A stretch of 64,000 nt of DNA, taken from assembly GCA_963664875.1 (NCBI GenBank), contig OY761611.1, forward strand, positions 3,680,001 through 3,744,000, read 5' to 3'. The notes beneath the pieces were generated by a model. That model was not told where the DNA came from. It worked only from the letters and a program-made list of their open reading frames with translations, and did no database searches. Positions 18,690 to 27,305 of this stretch are shown here, in pieces; position 1 is the stretch's first letter, and the number at the start of each line of letters is the position of its first letter. This DNA is from Candidatus Kapaibacterium sp. GTDB taxonomy: Bacteria > Bacteroidota > Ignavibacteria > Kapaibacteriales > UBA2268. The position numbers and the translations under genes are program-made.

Positions 18690-19158
18690 TATTTAGTTCC
18701 TTACTCTCTTCTATCAACTGATTGACTAATGAGTCTAACTTGTCACTATGATAATAATCTAGACAATTTTGGCTTATTAATCTTCTTTTAATTCCTTCCT
18801 CTTCTAAAAGATACTCTAAAAAAGGAATAGAATCTGCTACAACTTTTGCACAACTGTCCAATATTGTATATTCCCTATCATATTCATCGGTTAATGAAAA
18901 TACAATTCGAAACCCATCTTCTAACTTATAATCATATCCTGTAATACCGTGGTCAATACAAGAGCACAGACTATATTCTTTAAACTGCTCTTTGAGTAAT
19001 ACTCGATATTCTTCTGTAGAGACGGTATCATCAATTTGCAGGTCTAAAAGACTTCTTTTTTCTTCTGAGGAACCCATATTAAACATCGCTAAGAAAATAG
19101 TTACTACACAAGTAGTCCATAAAATCTTATTCGTTGTTTTTTTGTGTTTATTATTCAT
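18679..19158 (-). CDS. Tai4-like (T6SS amidase immunity-like) exported protein
   Basis: Start MNNKHKK after AAGGGA RBS; KEYSLCSCI near the N-terminus and CLDYYHSDKLDSLV at the C-terminus resemble Tai4-family motifs. Confidence 0.55.
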   Translation of the reverse strand: MNNKHKKTTNKILWTTCVVTIFLAMFNMGSSEEKRSLLDLQIDDTVSTEEYRVLLKEQFKEYSLCSCIDHGITGYDYKLEDGFRIVFSLTDEYDREYTILDSCAKVVADSIPFLEYLLEEEGIKRRLISQNCLDYYHSDKLDSLVNQLIEESKELNNAK

Positions 19159-19678
19159 TATTGATTCCCTTATTTTGTTTTTCATATATAAACCAATGAT
19201 CACCTATAGTGGTAAATAACTTGCCCCTTACTAAATATAGTGTCAAAAATTTCTTCTCAAGTTGAAAAACGGTAATTTCCAAATCAGTATTTTCTGATAA
19301 CGAATCGATATCAATAAAATGGATACCTATAACAAAAGCTAAATCACCTTGTATATCGAGTTGATATACAGCTTTGAATGGATTTTTATATTTCCTACCA
19401 GGTAATTCAATTCTCCCACTATCAAGAGTTAATTGTATTGAATCAAGCAAATGAGTGACAGTAAATTTTTCTTGGAAATGATAACTCATGTTATTAATAA
19501 TGAGCTCACTTGATGTAATTTTTTCTATGTCAGCTTGCTTTAACATTCCTAAGTTTAATGTCCTTTCCTGGGTAACTACCCACGTACCCTGTAGCTCTTT
19601 TATACTATCAGTAGCATAAAGTTTATTATTTAACAATACTACAATTAGTATAATATATATATATATGTATTTTGTCAT
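19151..19678 (-). CDS. Exported immunity-like protein (candidate lysozyme inhibitor)
   Basis: Signal peptide, lipocalin-like LQGTWVV; ATGA-coupled to the upstream ORF ending in a lysozyme-like tail. Confidence 0.55.
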   Translation of the reverse strand: MTKYIYIYIILIVVLLNNKLYATDSIKELQGTWVVTQERTLNLGMLKQADIEKITSSELIINNMSYHFQEKFTVTHLLDSIQLTLDSGRIELPGRKYKNPFKAVYQLDIQGDLAFVIGIHFIDIDSLSENTDLEITVFQLEKKFLTLYLVRGKLFTTIGDHWFIYEKQNKGINNE

Positions 19679-20106
19679 TTTATCCCCCCATATTTACCAA
19701 ACTTAAATAGTTCTCGTTCTCTTACTCTTCTATCTTCTAAGCCTACCATGTACACACCATCACTTGTGTTGATATCCATATCTTTTGCACAGCTAGCTAA
19801 AATGGCTAATTCTATCATATATTTGTCAGGATGTTCAATACTATAAAATGTACCCAAATATGCATCAGCTACTTTTATATCATACCCCGTAATTCCATAG
19901 TCTTTACACCTAAAGAGGCTAAATTCTTTAAGATGCTCTTTCAATAACAATTTATACTCTTCAACAGAAACAGTATCATATGTCGCCAAATGTCGAAGTG
20001 TTCTTTTTTCTTCAGATGAGCCCATATTAAACATCGCTAAGAAAACAGTTGCAAGACCTATGGTCATCAAAATCTTATTAGACATTTTTTTATTTTTATT
20101 TTTCAT
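19675..20106 (-). pseudogene. Chimeric ORF: Tai4-like N-terminal part fused to a GH24-lysozyme-like C-terminal tail
   Basis: Aligns with 18679-19158 (FLAMFNMGSSEEKR...DTVS.EEY..LLKE..KE.SL..C...GITGYD.K...SCAK), then switches to SDGVYMVGLEDRRVRERELFKFGKY. Confidence 0.6.
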
Positions 20107-20881
20107 TGAGATATTCCTGTATTTTGATAAGTTCAGGGTCATTCATTGATTTGTAAGGTTCTTTGATTGTGTATATAGCATTAGACTCCAAATATGGATC
20201 AACTAAATACCCAAAAGCTTTAGCTATTTCAAGATAGAATGTTTCTAAATCTGTTTCATAGTATCTAAGATAGATATTTTTAAAATTGCTATAGTGCATC
20301 TTCAGAATCTCAATCACAGATTCACGATTATTAAGAAGATTATTTAAAAACATCAATCTGATGTCGGCAGGATAAAATACTTTATTCAAGCAGAAATTGA
20401 TAGCAAGAACCAATGATCCGTATTGATTAAAGTTTGTGTATATCAGCAGGCAAGCTTCGTCACTAATAAAACTAGAATATTCACCTAACAATGAATCAGA
20501 TTTTAATTCTGCCATATGTCTCTTCCACAGGCCAGTTAGAGAACAGTCCCAAGAATCACATTCTTCAAATGACATCAGAAATGGAATTATATTATGATCT
20601 GCATCAAAATACAAATTTAAAAATTCTGATGTGTTTCGTATTTCATTGACTAGGCTATCTTTGCCAATCATTTCCTGAATCTTTATGCCTTCATTTTTAA
20701 AAAGAACACTAAGTGGCAAAGTTTCGATTTTAATATCGAAAAATATACTAAACCGATTTACTTTTGCAAGTAGTTCATGGAACTCATTTGGATTAAATTG
20801 ATTTAAAGACTTATCATTACCAAGTAGTGCACAAGATACTGACATTAACGCAATCAAGAATACAACAAAGGTAGTTTTCAT
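20096..20881 (-). CDS. Immunity-like lipoprotein (family A; paralog of 9183-9977)
   Basis: Lipobox-like SVSC; C-terminal 38 aa nearly identical to 9183-9977; ends over the next leader ATG. Confidence 0.65.
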   Translation of the reverse strand: MKTTFVVFLIALMSVSCALLGNDKSLNQFNPNEFHELLAKVNRFSIFFDIKIETLPLSVLFKNEGIKIQEMIGKDSLVNEIRNTSEFLNLYFDADHNIIPFLMSFEECDSWDCSLTGLWKRHMAELKSDSLLGEYSSFISDEACLLIYTNFNQYGSLVLAINFCLNKVFYPADIRLMFLNNLLNNRESVIEILKMHYSNFKNIYLRYYETDLETFYLEIAKAFGYLVDPYLESNAIYTIKEPYKSMNDPELIKIQEYLNEK

Positions 20882-21060
20882 AATTACAAATCCTTATTCT
20901 GGTATTGGCAATCTAAAATATCTTCTCACAGTGCCGTAACCCCTCTTATTTATTTTAGGTATGGGACATATCCGGGATATGAATATAAATACCTTTGGCT
21001 CCCAATTTACTAATTATAGTGAGTGCTTTATGTTTTGAGTTAAGTTCATAAACTCTTTCT

Positions 21061-21105
21061 TTAATAGTATGGCATTGTGATTAGTATTTTGTGTTTATTT
21101 TGCAT
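21061..21105 (-). repeat. Signal-peptide leader repeat, degenerate copy
   Basis: Reverse complement ATGCAAAATAAACACAAAATACTAATCACAATGCCATACTATTAA, preceded by AAGGACAAAAGCAA as in the other copies. Confidence 0.7.
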
Positions 21106-21629
21106 TTGCTTTTGTCCTTTAGCTTATAAATCAAATATAACAGATGACTGTCATTGCCTAACTTCTGTTCAATAAATTTCCTGATTCTAACATTATCATC
21201 ATGCGACAAAACACCTCTGAAAATGTTGAAAAAATTTATTGTTATTCCCGGCAAAACAAAGAATTTTTGTTTTCTTTGCAACTCATCATCTTCATAATAA
21301 TAAATATTAATACTAAGTGAGTATTCATAGTCGAACTCTGATCTATCCAAGATAGAAGAACAATTAAGAATATTGTCTTTTAACTTCTCAAATTGTTGCT
21401 CGTTGATTTTAATTGTATCCCCGGCAAACATAAGTTTAAAACCTGTATTGTTTTCGTCAGTATATAAACACATATCGCCCCCCAAATCACCATACAAAGT
21501 TCTACCATTTATGTCAATTGATATTATCTTATCAAAAAGTCTATCTGTAACATTATGTCTATCTACGGAAACACAAGATGCTAACAAACAACAGAACATT
21601 AAGAGAATTATATAATATTTCATAGTCAT
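21081..21629 (-). CDS. Immunity-like lipoprotein (family B)
   Basis: Lipobox LASC; ATGA-coupled to the upstream mini-ORF; similarity to 10115-10642. Confidence 0.65.
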   Translation of the reverse strand: MTMKYYIILLMFCCLLASCVSVDRHNVTDRLFDKIISIDINGRTLYGDLGGDMCLYTDENNTGFKLMFAGDTIKINEQQFEKLKDNILNCSSILDRSEFDYEYSLSINIYYYEDDELQRKQKFFVLPGITINFFNIFRGVLSHDDNVRIRKFIEQKLGNDSHLLYLIYKLKDKSKCKINTKY

Positions 21630-21703
21630 TTCCACACATACTTATTTATTTCTGACTGCTTCAAAGTAGCAAAGAAAAGAACACAAAGTATAAAATATTT
21701 CAT
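21626..21703 (-). CDS. 25-aa head ORF of the cassette array
   Basis: AAAGGAG RBS then MKYFILCVLFFATLKQSEINKYVWK*; its TGA overlaps the ATG of the next gene. Confidence 0.5.
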   Translation of the reverse strand: MKYFILCVLFFATLKQSEINKYVWK

Positions 21704-21723
21704 AACTTAATCTCCTTTGTTAT

Positions 21724-21760
21724 AAAAAAGAAAGCAGGAGAGAAACAATATCTCTCCTGC
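21724..21760 (-). terminator. Intrinsic terminator immediately upstream of the array
   Basis: Perfect 10-bp stem GCAGGAGAGA/TCTCTCCTGC followed on the minus strand by TTTCTTTTTT. Confidence 0.7.
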
Positions 21761-21899
21761 GATAAAATAGTAAATATTATTTATTTAACAATAATAAATT
21801 TACCGGAATTGAGTTTATTTGTAAAAAATATAAAATGCAATTAAAGCAAACTAAGGCACTATATTTTTCAGCAAAGTCTCAATTCTATTTGACAAAATT

Positions 21900-22715
21900 T
21901 TAGTTTTTAGGCATATCTTTTGTAAAATCAATTTCAGAGCCCATAACACTGTGAGGAATCAAAAAGACAACTATTACCGTAGCAGCAGCTACAAGTGCCC
22001 ACCATTTCTTATCCGGGTGTTTTCTCATCTGCCAGATTGCAATAATCCACATAATAAGCCCGGCAAGAGTTTTATTGTCGGTTAGGTCATGTCCGAAAGG
22101 CCATCCAGTCCAATAAGCGTCAAATGCATATTTTTGGATAATCGGGCCCATCACCATGCCACCGATAGTAAGCATAATTACTGTAATAATACTCAAATTG
22201 ATTACATTATCTCTTTTGAATAATGCTTCCAATCCTGTGCGCATCGAAAACAAAAATGCCGAGAAAATAAAGAAAATATGCACCAATAGCCATCCCAATG
22301 GCACTACACCTTTGTATCGGGTGACGGCGGGTTCTTCATTTAGTTTATATTCTGTGCCGTTTTGGTCAAAAAGGCTGATTAGGTATTCAATTTTTCCTGC
22401 GGCAGGTTGATTAGGCAAGGAGGCAACAAGAGAATCTGCCCGTCTTGTCATTTCTGCAGTAGTCCATTCATCATGGCTTGGAAATCTTTTGTAGGTAATT
22501 TTACCGGTAATGCCGTCAGGGGCAAAAATAGGTATCTGTTGGTCAGTGCTTCCTTCCCAAGTTCGAAGTAATTTGTAATCTATTTCAATGCCATTGATAG
22601 TAACTTCATCAGAAATAGGGTAGGTAGGGCCTGTGGTTCTTTGCCAAATCACAAATATGATAGTAATCACCACAGCAAGTATCCACAGCATAGTAGTTTG
22701 TAGTTTTTTGTTCAT
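21900..22715 (-). CDS. Conserved-looking integral membrane protein
   Basis: N-terminal TM, periplasmic domain, four C-terminal TM helices; motif GPIIQKYAFDAYWTGWPFGHDLTDNKTL. Confidence 0.75.
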   Translation of the reverse strand: MNKKLQTTMLWILAVVITIIFVIWQRTTGPTYPISDEVTINGIEIDYKLLRTWEGSTDQQIPIFAPDGITGKITYKRFPSHDEWTTAEMTRRADSLVASLPNQPAAGKIEYLISLFDQNGTEYKLNEEPAVTRYKGVVPLGWLLVHIFFIFSAFLFSMRTGLEALFKRDNVINLSIITVIMLTIGGMVMGPIIQKYAFDAYWTGWPFGHDLTDNKTLAGLIMWIIAIWQMRKHPDKKWWALVAAATVIVVFLIPHSVMGSEIDFTKDMPKN

Positions 22716-22737
22716 CAGAGAAAACTCCTTTATTTTA

Positions 22738-24303
22738 TTAGTTTTGTTCCAAAAAAGCAACCGCCTTTTGAGCTACAGAGTCGAGTTTCAAATCTATAAA
22801 AACATAAGCCTCGTCTCCCCAAAGAGAGTGAGCTAAAATTGCTTTTAAATAATTGCGAATGTACTCTTTGTCTTGCTCAAACATAGCCTCGTTAGCGATA
22901 TTATGCCTTCGGCAAAAGACGGAAAAATCATTAAGAATATTGTCATTAATATACGCATCTTTTTCAAATAATCTGAAATCTTTTCCGTAAGTCTCTTTCT
23001 GTTGCTCCCCAAATCGATAAATAAAGGAATAGATGTATTCATGGAACAATCTTTTTTGAATAAGCACATTAGTAAGCAAAGTCAATGTATCCTTTTTTTC
23101 AATGATATCCGGCAGAATGCCCATACCTCCGACAATGCTTTTGCCTGATTTGGTATAATAAATAGGCATGCGGGTATTTGGGGTGCTGTTTATCATTTTT
23201 TGCAATTTTTCGAATTCTTCTTCACCGAGGCTTAGCTTCAGAGCAGGGTCTAACTCTGCCTCTTCTTTATTGTCAATATGCAGGCTTCTGCCACTTGGCG
23301 TGAGATATTCGGCTACAGTAATTTTGAAAGCTGTACTGTCGGTAAGCCGCCAAGTATTTTGAATAGTTGCCTTGCCAAAACTAATTTCACCTATCACTTT
23401 GCCACGTTCGTTGTCCTGAATAGCACCTGCAAGTATCTCAGAAGCAGAGGCAGATTGTTTATTTATCAGAACAATGAGTGGAATTTTTGAGGCAATACCA
23501 TCTTTTTCGCAAATATAAGTTTTAGCAATTTCAGGATTATTCGACTTTACAATAAGTATAGTGTCACCCTTGCTGAGAAATTCAGCTCCGATATTAGCAG
23601 CAGATTCGACTCTTCCACCGGGGTTATCTCTCAAATCAAGAACAAATCCTTTGGGAGATTGGGACATAAGTTCTTCAATTTTAGATTTGGCTACTTCGTC
23701 TGTATTGTCAGAAAACTTGTTGATTTTAATGTAAGCTATATTTGTCCCTGCAATAATAAAAGAAGCCGGCACACCCGGCACATCAGTGTCTTTTCTGGGT
23801 AAAAGAAGCTGTTTCAAATCAGATTTCCAGCCTTTTTGCACTATCAGAGAAACTTCGGAATGGTGATCGCCCTCGAGCAATTCGTTTAACTCTTTATAGC
23901 TCAAGCCACTTGTGTTTTTTCCGTCAATAAAAAGTACACGGTCCGAAATTTCGATTCCTGCAGAATCCGCAGGGCTGCCCGGAATTACATAAGCCACAGT
24001 GGCAGTGTCATTCACATTTGTTACGCTAGCACCAATGCCATACTGTTTCCCGGTCTGAGACTGACTTAAAGCCGTATAGGTAGGCTTATCGTAGTAGCCT
24101 GAATTTTTATCAATGGCTTTAAGCAGAGCATCAAATGCTTGGTCAGAAACCTTTGAAATATCAAAAGTATCTTTGTGGTTTTTGTATGCAGTTTCGAGAA
24201 TATATTTGAATTTGTTGGACTGGTATTGTATCTGATCCTCAGGTGATAAACTATCGGAAAATAAGGAACCCACGATAAGGAAGAAAAGTACTAAATATCT
24301 CAT
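22738..24303 (-). CDS. S41 family C-terminal processing peptidase with PDZ domain
   Basis: PGSPADSAGI (PDZ), LDLRDNPGG, SASASEILAGAIQDNERG, SFGKA, YLTPSGR. Confidence 0.9.
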   Translation of the reverse strand: MRYLVLFFLIVGSLFSDSLSPEDQIQYQSNKFKYILETAYKNHKDTFDISKVSDQAFDALLKAIDKNSGYYDKPTYTALSQSQTGKQYGIGASVTNVNDTATVAYVIPGSPADSAGIEISDRVLFIDGKNTSGLSYKELNELLEGDHHSEVSLIVQKGWKSDLKQLLLPRKDTDVPGVPASFIIAGTNIAYIKINKFSDNTDEVAKSKIEELMSQSPKGFVLDLRDNPGGRVESAANIGAEFLSKGDTILIVKSNNPEIAKTYICEKDGIASKIPLIVLINKQSASASEILAGAIQDNERGKVIGEISFGKATIQNTWRLTDSTAFKITVAEYLTPSGRSLHIDNKEEAELDPALKLSLGEEEFEKLQKMINSTPNTRMPIYYTKSGKSIVGGMGILPDIIEKKDTLTLLTNVLIQKRLFHEYIYSFIYRFGEQQKETYGKDFRLFEKDAYINDNILNDFSVFCRRHNIANEAMFEQDKEYIRNYLKAILAHSLWGDEAYVFIDLKLDSVAQKAVAFLEQN

Positions 24304-24557
24304 ATAGCTATATATCTATTATTCTTATAAATACTACAAACAACGACAAAGTACAAAATAAGTTAAGAAAAAGCATAAAAAAAAGCAGTATGGCTATGGG
24401 AAAAGAAGTAAAAAATCTAAATTATCAAAAGAAAATGTAAAAAAGACATAAATATGGAAATAATGACTTTTTCTGCCATTCCTCCAAATTCTTTCTATGT
24501 TGGATTTGTTCTAACATTATTATCAAAACCTACTATTTTAACTCAAAACCCTCACCA

Positions 24558-24600
24558 TTCCCCTCTTGAGGGGTGGCTCACCGAAGGTGAGACGGGGTGG
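24558..24600. repeat. GC-rich REP-like palindromic element
   Basis: CCCCTC-TT-GAGGGG and CTCACC-GAA-GGTGAG hairpins in an AT-rich intergenic region. Confidence 0.55.
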
Positions 24601-24794
24601 AAAAGAACCTTATTCAAATCACTGCCCCGAAAAATATTCTCGCTAAGGTTATTTATTTAAATTGCATTTTGTATGTTGTTTAAATCTGTGCTTCGTTTGT
24701 CTCCACACCGACATGATACTTTTGCGAGCGCAGCAGGTCAATAAAAGATCCGGATATTTTATTCTGTTTTTCTTCTAAAAAAGTAGTAAAAATC

Positions 24795-25310
24795 CTACTT
24801 CTCAGATTTGTCAGAGCTAAAATGATTTTCTAAAATAGATTTGAAATACTCATGCTTTGCATCCATATTCGTTTCAGCGCTGATGCCTGTAAGTAAAAGC
24901 TCTTCGCACAAAAGGAATTTTTTATAGTAATCTATCTTTTTTTTAGCAGTTTTCGAGATGTTTTTGTATTCATTACGAAAGTAATCTTCAATGTTTTTAC
25001 CTTTAGCGACAGGTATATAGTCCCTACCAAACCATCTTTTGTTCAAAACGAATTTGAGCCATTCTATACCCATATATATGGCTTTTGCCATCTCTGTATT
25101 AGTTCCGAAATCATATACTCTGCATTCATAACCCAAGGCAAGCATCATCAGCAGATTGTGATCCGTTTCCATGATGATTTTATCCCACAAATGCCGCTCG
25201 CAATGAGTTGATTGTATTCGGATAAACATAACAGAATCGCTATCTAATTGGAGCTTATCAAGAGCTTCTATACCATTGGTTAGGTTTAAAAAGTTGCGTA
25301 CTTGTTTCAT
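24795..25310 (-). CDS. Hypothetical cytoplasmic protein
   Basis: About 170-aa ORF with motif-like segments FLNLTNGIEAL, IRIQSTHCE, VYDFG; start uncertain (25310 or 25337). Confidence 0.65.
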   Translation of the reverse strand: MKQVRNFLNLTNGIEALDKLQLDSDSVMFIRIQSTHCERHLWDKIIMETDHNLLMMLALGYECRVYDFGTNTEMAKAIYMGIEWLKFVLNKRWFGRDYIPVAKGKNIEDYFRNEYKNISKTAKKKIDYYKKFLLCEELLLTGISAETNMDAKHEYFKSILENHFSSDKSEK

Positions 25311-25594
25311 AGGATTGCTATAATTTGACTTTAACAAATTTTGCCGAAAGTAAATATATAAAAATATTGGGATTCTTCCTGTTCATTAGCAAGAGAAAAA
25401 AAGTGCATCTTGCCCTGTTATTATTCCAACAGTTTTGCCATTGTAACCCAAAAAATTTTATCTCAAAGATGTTATAAGAAAAATAAAAATGGTAGATTTT
25501 AACGTTTAAGCCTATGGCATTTAAAGACTGCCGTACATAAATAAAAAGAGAAGCAGGTTTTACGAGCGTCTCTCTATTCGGTAAAAGTATTTTT

Positions 25595-27094
25595 CTAATC
25601 TTCTGCTGACTGCTTACCCGAATCTTGTTCGATTTCAATAGGGTAGTGTCCGGTGAAGCATGCAGTGCAGTAATCTATACCATCTTCTTTAGGGACAGAC
25701 TCAAGCAGCTTTTCAGCTGATAAATAGTGCATGGAGTCTGCTCCGATAGCTTTTCCAATGGCATCCTGATCAGGATAATCATTTGCAATCAGCTCCTCTC
25801 TGCTTGGGAAATCCATTCCATAGTGGCATGGATATTTGATAGGAGGGGAGGTGATTTTCATGTGCAAAGATTTTGGTTTTGCTTCTTTGATTAGGTTCAA
25901 TAATGCTTTCGAAGTTGTTCCTCTTACGATAGAGTCATCGATTACAACCAAATGTTTGTCCTCGATAAGACCTTTAACAGTATTGAATTTAGTTTTAACT
26001 TTAAACTCTCTGTTGTCCTGCCCCGGAGCAATAAAAGTTCTTCCAACATAGTGACTGCGGATTAGTCCGAGTTCGTATTTGGTTGGGCAACTAAGCTCAT
26101 TATTTACTCTTGCATAGCCCAAAGTAGCAGTGTTGCCGCTGTCAGGCACAGGAATTACAGTTACTTTTTCGCCGTCAGGAGATTTGATAGGGCTTTCGAT
26201 AGCTAAATTTTTACCAAGCTTACGACGCACTTTATCAACAGAATGACCAAAAACAAGCGAATCAGGTCTTGAGAAATATATATATTCAAAAATACAGTGA
26301 GCAGCTTTTGGAGTCTCATCTTCTATATTAAAGCTTCTAAATTCACCTGTAGCAACTGTGTTTCTGTCTATTACAATCATTTCGTTATGCTTTACAGAGC
26401 GTATATATTCTGCTCCGATAATGTCAAAGGCAGCAGTTTCGGAAGCCACAACATAAGAATATTCATCTCCTACTTTCACTCTACCAATAGAAAGAGGTCT
26501 GACACCGTGAGGGTCGCGTGCAGCAATTAGGTAATCATCTGTAATAATAGCAAGCGAATAAGCACCTCTTGCTTTTTTCAGAGCACCTCTTACTCTTTCA
26601 ATAGTGTCCGGCTCTTTAGAGCGGGCTACAAGGTGCATGAAAAGTTCCGAGTCAGTAGTAGTCTGGAAGATGGCACCATCATCATGAAGCTGCTTTCTTA
26701 AAGTTTTTGTATTAGTGAGATTACCATTATGAGCAAGACACATCAGCCCGGAATGATAAATCATATTAAAGGGCTGGATGTTAGCTCTGTTAGAAGAGCC
26801 TGTAGTCGAATATCTATTGTGTCCGACAGCCATATCGCCTTTTAGAACATCTGTCAAAATTTTGGGGTCAGAGAAAACATCAAGCACAAGCCCTTCGCCG
26901 CGAGTGTAAGCAAAGCGTTTTTTCTGTTTTTCCTCATCGAAATATATAGTCGAGATGCCGGCAGCTTCCTGGCCTCTATGCTGCAAAGCATGCAGAGCAT
27001 AGTAAGTCATGATAGAAGCTTTTGGGTGATTAAAAATACCGAATATAGCACAATTCGGGCGTGCTTTATCTGAATCGCCGCGTCTTTGACACAT
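25595..27094 (-). CDS. purF: Amidophosphoribosyltransferase (propeptide, Fe-S type)
   Basis: Propeptide then CAIFGIF; LQHRGQEAAGI, GHNRYSTTG, AHNGNLTN, VIDDSIVRGTTS, CIFEYIY/CHYGMD/CTAC. Confidence 0.96.
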   Translation of the reverse strand: MCQRRGDSDKARPNCAIFGIFNHPKASIMTYYALHALQHRGQEAAGISTIYFDEEKQKKRFAYTRGEGLVLDVFSDPKILTDVLKGDMAVGHNRYSTTGSSNRANIQPFNMIYHSGLMCLAHNGNLTNTKTLRKQLHDDGAIFQTTTDSELFMHLVARSKEPDTIERVRGALKKARGAYSLAIITDDYLIAARDPHGVRPLSIGRVKVGDEYSYVVASETAAFDIIGAEYIRSVKHNEMIVIDRNTVATGEFRSFNIEDETPKAAHCIFEYIYFSRPDSLVFGHSVDKVRRKLGKNLAIESPIKSPDGEKVTVIPVPDSGNTATLGYARVNNELSCPTKYELGLIRSHYVGRTFIAPGQDNREFKVKTKFNTVKGLIEDKHLVVIDDSIVRGTTSKALLNLIKEAKPKSLHMKITSPPIKYPCHYGMDFPSREELIANDYPDQDAIGKAIGADSMHYLSAEKLLESVPKEDGIDYCTACFTGHYPIEIEQDSGKQSAED

Positions 27095-27305
27095 GATAAA
27101 CCCTTTTCAAAAACCTGTTAAAACACCAAATCGCAATTTAATCATTTTTGTTTGAACAGCCATTAGTTTTGTAAACTAATGAGCAAATCATTCTGCCAAG
27201 AAAACTATTGATGATTTACTCTGTTATTGTTATTTTATACTTCTCGATTAGTATTTTACGATATTGACATTTTATGAATCTTCTAATAAATAAACAAAAC
27301 ACTTT

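Noticed and set aside
24454-24660. 68-aa ORF, and likewise 25318-25638, 63080-63310 and 63296-63481
   Set aside because: Intergenic low-complexity or palindrome-spanning frames without RBS or protein-like composition
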